64,000 nt of DNA from Paragordius varius (taxonomy: Eukaryota > Animalia > Nematomorpha). How positions within the stretch are numbered: position 1 is the stretch's first letter; each line of letters opens with the position of its first letter. Shown here piece by piece: positions 55,535-64,000 of the stretch. Made by a program: the position numbers and the translations under genes. The notes beneath the pieces are model-generated. The model was not told the DNA's origin, did no database searches, and worked only from the letters and a program-made list of their open reading frames with translations. The stretch spans positions 2,294,001 through 2,358,000 of the forward strand of contig OZ176059.1 of NCBI GenBank assembly GCA_964247055.1, written 5' to 3'.

Positions 55535-58500
55535 AGATTTATAATACCATATGATGCTAATTTGTTAGCATAAGCCAATATTGATAAATGTAATTGGCTT
55601 GTCGTAAAAACGAAATTTGGTAATATAATTTTTAATAAGGTTAAATTCTATAATATTATAAATTTTATTTTTATGGGGATTAATGATAAAATAATTGCAC
55701 CAAAAAATTCCACATTATAGTGGTTTTGGTTTTCGGTTTATTAACCATTTATAAATTTTAATCACATTTCTTTGGTAAATGATTTATACGAAAGATTTTT
55801 TATATTTAATGTACATTACACTGACCACATCTTGTTGAAATGTATATATTTTGATGAGAAAATGCTCATATTCTCATAGTTTTTCTTAAAATTCAAATTG
55901 CAGCCAAATATATCTTGACGAAAGAATATATTTCTATAAATATTTCTAGCTGATGTAGCCTTTGATTTTGGGCCTACGAGTCATTTTTCTCTTTTATGGC
56001 AATTTCTCTAAATCAAAAAATCACCTGGGTGAAAGCAAATCAATCCACATAACATTTTATTAAATTATTTTGGATGCCGGTTTAGGCTTTCTACCCTAAA
56101 GTTTTATATATTTTCTCCTCTATTATATAAAAAAGTTTATATTTGCTTCATTTTTCTAACTTCTAGAGTCCAAACTTTGGGTATCTCCAAAATCCAATTG
56201 AATCGGACAGCTTATAATAGAATCAATAAATATCGTTTGCTATGAACCTGATATCATTATAATTATATTTATATTTTCTGTTACATTAGCGATTTTAAAA
56301 ATTAAATAAAAAATGGTGAGGAAGAGTTGAAATTTTTTTTACATTTTTAGGTTGTATAAAAAATTTTATCATGCACTAAAAGGTTAATGGAATCATTTTT
56401 ATATATTTTGCCCTATAATTAAATTATTGACACTTATATTGGGATATAAAACTAGATCCAAACGGTAATTTGTGTACACAATATCTAGAATTAAAAAGCA
56501 CAATATTTTAAATTTTTGAATGTGAAATCCTCAAGTCATAAATTTTTTCCCCTTTATGGGCTAATTTTCTTGTAGTTAACGCAAAACATAGATTTGCAAT
56601 AAATATTTTTAATATATTTGACTCAAAAAGGCATTTTTGAAAAAATCAATACTTGGTTAAAGTATCTATTTTGAAAAATATTTAATATCACTTTTTCTAT
56701 ATAAATCATTGGCGCTAAACATATCATTCACTCAAATATATCTTTAAAGCGTCATTACCTTTTCAAATCTGTCCTCGTTTACCTTTGGGTATTTTTATAT
56801 CCAGAGCTCATTTCGTAATTAAACTACAGTTTTGAAAGTTATTTAAAATTTAATTATCGAACATTGTTCACATGTTCTAAATAAAACCGATCTTACAATT
56901 TTTATTCTAGAGTCTAAAATTGGGATAGCTCCAAATCACGATTGAAACGAACAGTTGATAATTAATAAATATTAAGCTGCTAGTAAAATGTAGCCTGAAA
57001 GCTTCTTAAAGTTTATTATTTTTCTAACCATAAATTCATTTATTTTTCTGTTGCATTAGTCATTTAAAAAAATAAGGTAAAAATGGCTGCTTAAAGGTTT
57101 GATATGAGGAAGCTCTTTTTAAAATTACCTTATTTAAAAACTTATTTTATATGCGCTTAAAAGGCCGATAAAAGTATATTTATAAATTTGGCTTAAAATC
57201 ATTAATACTTTTGATTGACTTTTATAAGTAGTTTATGATATATTTTAGGGATATTTTTTGGAAAGAAGCTTTTAGTTTTATAAAAAAAGAGTTTTGACAA
57301 ACAAAAAATTTACTAAAATTTTGCCATTTTCTAATATGGAGCATTTGCTACAAAAGTTTAATCTTTCTTATATAACTCGTGCGAAAAATTAAAAGCGCCA
57401 TGGAATTCCTGATACATTTTTCTATGGGAGTAAATATATTTCAGCGTGATATTTTTGTGTTCACTGTGTTATGGTGCATGATGGAAACGGTTAAAACGCT
57501 TTAAGATACTATAAAACACTTTTTTTATGTAATTTGATGCCGCACATTTCTATTGCTTCAGAATTATTTTTCAAATGATCGTTGGCTTACAAATTTTGGT
57601 GTTTATAAAAAAAATACTTTTACATTAAAAAATTTAATTATAATTAGGAGGTGGTAGAAATATTAGCATTATCGAATTATATAGAAATGGTGTTTTTATT
57701 ATATTTTAAAGCGTTTTTTTACCGTTTCCATTGCTAAACTAGTATAAAGTACGCTTCAAAAAATTTTGAAAAAAAGCGATTTTTTAAAAAATTATTTTCA
57801 GATATCAAAAAGGATATATTTTTGATTTTTCGGAATATCCCGAAATTTTTGCGTTTTATTTATGACAGCCTATTTTAGAGCAAAATTTTGGACTATTAAT
57901 CCCTTTTCTAAAAATTAAATTTTTTAAATTGATATGTAGAAGTTTTTATATATTTTAATTATATTTTGTGAATGAAGCATTTAGCTTTCACCAAAAAAGT
58001 TTTATTTTTAAAAATGTGTGTAAATTTTGTCATTCACAAAAAATTAAATAACTTTCATATATTACAAGGGCTAAATCTAAAAGCACCCAATCCTGATACA
58101 TTTTCCTATCATAATATATTATATTTCATTGGGAGATTTTATGGAGAATGTGTAAAAGACGAAATTCTAGAATTATGCGGGTTGCTGTAGAGCGATCATC
58201 TCAGTATTCTCAAGTCTTTGGCTAGTAAAACTTTAAATTTATTTCATATGAAAGCAGCTTGGAGCAAACCGAATCAAAGAGTCAACGGTCAGGCTCTTTA
58301 GCCAGGTATAAACCATCATATCAAAGTATGGTTTATCATTTAAATTGATGAAGCTAACATTAAAAGCATTCCTACCTACAACTTTTAATGCAGAGATATA
58401 GGAACGTATGCACTTGATTATTCTTTATTAATTGGTGGCAATTGATATATTTTCAGATAGGTTGTAGCTTGCAATTTTGCCCCCGGTGTATAAATCCGTC

Positions 58501-58739
58501 CTCTCCGTGAAACGTCTTACATTTTATAGAAATAATCAAATTTAAACCGCACTTATAAATGGGTTATTCATATTTAAAAAATAACTTTTAATTACCTATT
58601 TTTTTTAAATTAAATAAAACAATTTTAAAATCCGGCACCCCTTCGACTATGGCGCCCGGTGCATCAGCCCCTCTTCCCATCTCTTTAGCTACACCTCTAA
58701 TGGTTTGAGGGCTGATAAGATATGTTTATACCAAACATA

Positions 58740-59700
58740 TTGCATTGATTAGACATTGGTGTGTGAAGTACGCGTTTCGCGAACAGTTATAGTTCCTAAT
58801 AATGCCCTGATATTTTTCGTCAAAGATTTGGAAAATACCTTACCACGGGAAAATCATGTCAACCAGAGCTCCCCATCTGCTGATTAAAGAGATGGTGGAG
58901 TACGTATTTAACCCGTCAAATTTGTTCTCAAGAAATATCACCCGTTTTGATCCGTAAAAGGATTAATATTGTTGCAAATGGAGAATTTACCCAACCAAAT
59001 TTATAATCGGGCGAAAATGTTTTCATCAAGAATAAAATCCATCCGGGGTGGAAAAACGTTCGCTCATGGAAAGAACGGGATTACTTTCGCACAAGGATAA
59101 TAATCGAACACTACCTACGTAAACACGCTGATTGATTACCGCCAACCGGTATTTCAAAGGATAACAATAGGAATCTGACAACGGTAAGCCAGACAGAGGA
59201 GTATATGATTAAGACCAGAAATCTTTATGGACAAGAATAAAAAGAACTTCAATAACACTGATCAACAAGGTTTTGCACCACCCCATTATTTTTGCATTTT
59301 CTGATACCTAATGGCATGGAAAGGCCAAAACAAAAAAGAAAATTGAGGCCACCAATAGGACTTTTCCAAAATTTAATTTTTAAATTTGTATTTAATTCAA
59401 AAATAACAATCATTCCTCGTGTACATATGTTTAAATATTCAAACAAGCAAGTCGATACAAGTAATTTTTCATGCATGGATAACAAATTCTAGGCATTGAA
59501 TAAGATACTAAACAAGCTAACCAAAGTATTAAAAATCTAAAAGGGGCTTATGTATAGTGTGATAGATCCGGGCGGCTGCACAAGTTCTGCATATCCACCA
59601 AGCGATCCAATTATGCCAGATATGGGAAAGATAACAATAAGTAATCGTAAAGTCCGATAAGAGAGACTTGCAAGCAAAATCCAGGCAAATTGACATGTTA
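58740..59700 (+). pseudogene. GC-richer patch, probable decayed retroelement
   Basis: GENVFIK..GWK..LRKHAD*L resembles a gypsy integrase C-terminus. A KGLMYSV..C segment is weakly GIY-YIG-like. Many stops. Confidence 0.3.
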
Positions 59701-62700
59701 AATTAACCAATTTACAGAATAAAGTTAGATAAATACAATTAAATTGAATATAAATTAGGTAAATACAAATGGTCCAACCCCATAACAGTAAATTCTACTA
59801 AAAGTGGCTAAACAACATCCATCTGAAATTCAAAATACAAAACAACCAATAATTTTAAAAAAATAAGGTGTATCCACTAGGTATAAATAAAGAATTTTTT
59901 ATAAGAACCAACTCAAGAGAAAAAGTCTAATAAGTACTCGAAAGAACGAAAACTAACAAATAAATATAGCCTATCTGAAAGCCGAAGGTTTAAACCATAG
60001 AATCCCTTTTTTAGTATTTTTTTAAAAATTTTTTATACGTATTAAAAATTCACTTGAAAGAAAAGGACTAAAATTTGACGTTTAAGTCCGTACTATTTTT
60101 TTCTCTCTGATATTTAAATGACATATTTATATCAAAAGATAGAGTTTAAAACGCTTTATTAAATGATATTAAGTTTATAATATAATAACATTTTATTATA
60201 AAGTTATATTTAATTTTCTCTCGATTTTATCTTGTTTTTGAAAAATTGAAAAACCTATAATATTTCAAAATTCTGATTGGCGGGATCAAATTTTTTTTCA
60301 AATTCGGTTTTAAAACACTGAAATTAGTCATAATTTAAAAAGTTTGAGTGGTGGTGCTTAAAAATGTCCAAATTTGTCGACTAGTATGTAAGCAAGTCAA
60401 AAAAGCTAACTGATACCAGAAAGAAGATATCCACTAATTACAGCAGAAAAGTGGATTATATCGGATTGAGATAAAGAATTATGTTGAACATAAAGTGATT
60501 AAACTTACAATGCATTACAAATTATCCAATTAGCCTTAGTTGGAACACATTTTAATATACTATATATATTATTGCAAACCTTGTTTTGTATTGAATCTTG
60601 AAAATGCGCGTCTCATTTGCCTTATTTTATATTTGTTAATATCATTGTGATCACATTTAAGGTATGAACTCAAATTTAAATTGTAAATCTTTTTGAGATT
60701 TAACGCTTAATTTAATTATATCATCATTTTAACAGGTAATCCGATTAATATTATCACCCAATAATTTTTAATATCGTGATGTCTGTATTGTACTAAAATA
60801 AACACAAATTTTAACCCCAATTAATTCTATAGCTAATATTCTTAATTGATCTAAATTTATTATCTGTAACTGCGAATCATCCGGTTAGACATATAAACAA
60901 TTAATCATTAGGCAAGATAATGAGCCTTATTTATTTAAAAACGTCGTTATTATATAATTTTTAGCAAAATTAAAAAATGTTGTTGATATGACTTGTCTTT
61001 TTAAATATTTTTTTAAATTAATCAAAAACATATCAAATATCTTTATTAATATATATATATATTTGCTTAATATCACCTAAAATTTATGGCATTGTTATTA
61101 TAACTTAATATTGCATGCAGAAAGATAGATTAATATATGGATATATTATATATTTAAAAATTCATACTTTTTTCTTACCTTATCTAGAGTTTTATTGTAC
61201 CAAATATATAGAATAAGCAACAAGGTAGGTATCTTATAAATAAGTTGTCTGTCAAACGAAAACAAAATAAAAATATGTATGTATGTACAAAAATATTTTA
61301 TATCATATTAAAAATTGGCCTCAGGTATCAAACAATTTAACAAAATTTTGTAGTGTTTATTAGATTAAAATGTGAAAATTTGCGTAGGTAAAAAGCAATA
61401 TTTTTGGATAAATTATAATTATTATTATAATGTCATTTTATGGGCATGTATAAATTTTGTTGTTGTTTTTTTTCATAAATTTATTTTACCTTTTAAATGA
61501 AAATCCAAATAAATATTACATTTTGGTAATATGTAATATATTATTTATGACCCTTAAACCCTATTTATAAATAAATAGATATTTTATGCTTTTTTTAAGC
61601 GCTAATATGTCTGCCTATTCTCTCTATTACTTTTGCAATAAATTAATGTTTTATACCAATATACTAACCATATCCATTAGATTTTATATTTTTTATAAAT
61701 TATGATATTAAAAACGGTTTCATATATAGATGTGTTTAGAGAGGTATTTGTTTGTATACTAAGTTGGATTTTTTGATAGAGTCCATTGTGGTTGTAAGGT
61801 TAGGGGAGAGAAAAATTTGAGTTTTACCTTATGGATGATATAATTGCAGAAAATCGAAACCAGCTAAGGCTAAATATTATAACTTAATAATGGTTGACGG
61901 TTACAATTAATCAGACTATTATACATAAAATTCTAAATCATGCACAACTTTTGTAAAACTTTGGTTTTTTTTCTTTGATATATAAAATAAGGCTGAATCT
62001 TTAAAACGCTTTCATAATAATTTTTATAAAGACATAGAATATACCTTAAATGTTTTGGTCTTATTGTGTGGCATTTTATATTTATAAAATATAATTAGGC
62101 GTTTGCAAACTATGATTAATGCATATTTCTTTTATGGATCTGACTGTATAATATTACATAATTTTATAGCACAGTATCCATTCTATATTTCGCCAGAGAA
62201 GCAGAACAATACCTATAAATTTGATAAGTTGCAATATATATTGACAGTACATTTGAGTCAAAATGTGGTTTTTTTTAGTTTAAAAAAGGCCCAGCCTTTA
62301 AATCCCAGTATAATTGGGGGTTTCACATATATAAGAAAATTTAAAAAAAAAAGTAACCCATTTTAAACTGCTATTTAGGAAAGCCTCGTTTTTGAATCAA
62401 AATAACTTGTAAAGTTAATGTACACAATTAATATGCCTTCATTCCATTATTTACAGTAGGCACTTTATTGTAGTCCAATTGGTGATGCAGCAGCGTATGA
62501 TACAAAAAAATTTGTCCATAATTAAATAAACAATTTTAACGTTGTAAAATGAGGAAAATGTTTAATTTCGCACACTTGTTGTTTTTATCCATACGATACT
62601 GTAATGCCTATTGTCCGAAAATAATTTCAAGTGGCAAACACTAAAGTGGGTACAATATAAATTAAAGCGTCCTAAAAATATATAAAATCGAAAAAAATTA

Positions 62701-64000
62701 AATTTAATCAAAATATATATGGAGTTAAAGCATCATATTTTGTTCATGAGCCTTTTTACAGGTAATTGCCTGTTTTACACCTTAGAGATGAAATAATATA
62801 TGATTATATTTAAATATGAATTCTAAACAAATTTTTATATGATATAAAGCTTATATTTACCAAATAAATTTTTGTAAGATAAAACTTTTAAACAAGGTCA
62901 AATTTTTTAATAACAAATATGGTTTCATAAGGTTGGGTCTAAACCGCAATAAATCAACTATCAACAATGACTGTAGTCGTTTAAAAAATATGCAATTTCC
63001 ACCTAAACCCATTACGATTGTGTATCAACTGATGGTTGGAACAATGAATGAATGAAATATAAGCTAGGGAGTTAATATATTTTTACTCTTAAAAAACCAG
63101 AAAAATTTAATCGTAGATGTCCAGATATAATTCATACGACCGCAGAAAGTTTTAGAGATACCGTTAAATATACGGATTCCTTTTTTGGAAGTTTTGGGGT
63201 TTATAAGTTTTTTAATATATATATATATATATATATATTATGGTTATCACTCAAAACTTAGCTATAAACTTAGTTCAAAACTCGGGTAAATGAAGTAGTG
63301 TTAATAATAAGGCAAACAGACCAATACATTGTTGAAATGGATTATAACGTCAAATTAAATTATTTAAAATCGTGCAATTGAAAAAATCAAATTTTTGCAA
63401 ACTTTTTGGAGTGTATTTTTTGTATATTAGAGCATTATTTGTTACAAAAATTTCACACTACTGATGCGCAAAAGATATTAACTGTTAAATATTCCATGTT
63501 ATTAAGTGATCGGTGAATTATATGCAATTTTTCTAAATGTATATCAAAAACGTAAAATATTTCTGCCGTAAACCCCTAACAAAATTTAAAAACTGTCAAA
63601 ACAATTTAGCAAAACCGCTTAGCCTATAATTTAAATTTAAAAAAATACGCGAAAACATCAAATAAACCTAAACGAGTCGTATATTAATGTGATCTATAAA
63701 TTTTGTCCAAGCTTTCTCAATTCATAACATGTGAAAATAATCCAAATTCAACAACGTTTAAAAATCAATTCAAACTTTAACAGGTGTTTTACGTAACTTT
63801 GAAACATATTATATTTTGGGTTGGTAAAGTATGACAAATCAACCTAAATTATCCTAAATACCTATACTCTGTCATTGTGTTTATTAAATTTAATGTGGCT
63901 TCCTTAACTTTTTGATGGGGGCTGTGCTTTTTTTCAAGATAATCATTTCACAAAATTGTGTATTTATCTCCATCAGGAATATAGAAATCAAATTAACTAC

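Noticed and set aside
55469-55650. EF-Tu/GTPBP-like domain III (KFRFY..KP..TIVSGTVT)
   Set aside because: In-frame TAA, and the downstream part is exon 1 of PPP1R11; a chance resemblance.
62103-62366. 87-aa ORF at the right end
   Set aside because: No recognisable domain, signal peptide or partner exons; length is within chance expectation.

Overview
Very AT-rich, intron-containing animal genomic DNA; the taxon cannot be determined from the window. The ORF track hides the genes, so exons were reconstructed by hand. Four conserved multi-exon genes were found: a Vav-family RhoGEF (- strand, 16 exons covering acidic/DH/PH/C1 regions, continuing past the left edge), triosephosphate isomerase (-), ARPC5 (+, head-to-head with TPI) and PPP1R11/Inhibitor-3 (-). 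There are also two orphan genes with predicted signal peptides (+). Introns and intergenic DNA are packed with non-autonomous DNA transposons (several TA-flanked MITE families, three with 21-bp subterminal arrays; a TTAA-flanked family; hAT-like; a Chapaev-like foldback; a Helitron-like tandem), plus a tRNA-derived SINE and decayed Ty3/gypsy pol. The most unusual signal is the splicing grammar. Two of 25 reconstructed complete introns (TPI intron 3, ARPC5 intron 1) are best explained by AT-AC termini without any U12 consensus. Only 4 of 24 GT donors have +5G. Three coding introns are only 32-35 nt. Together these suggest a lineage with a remodelled or relaxed major spliceosome. All gene models are manual predictions without RNA evidence, and comparisons to human genes are from memory.
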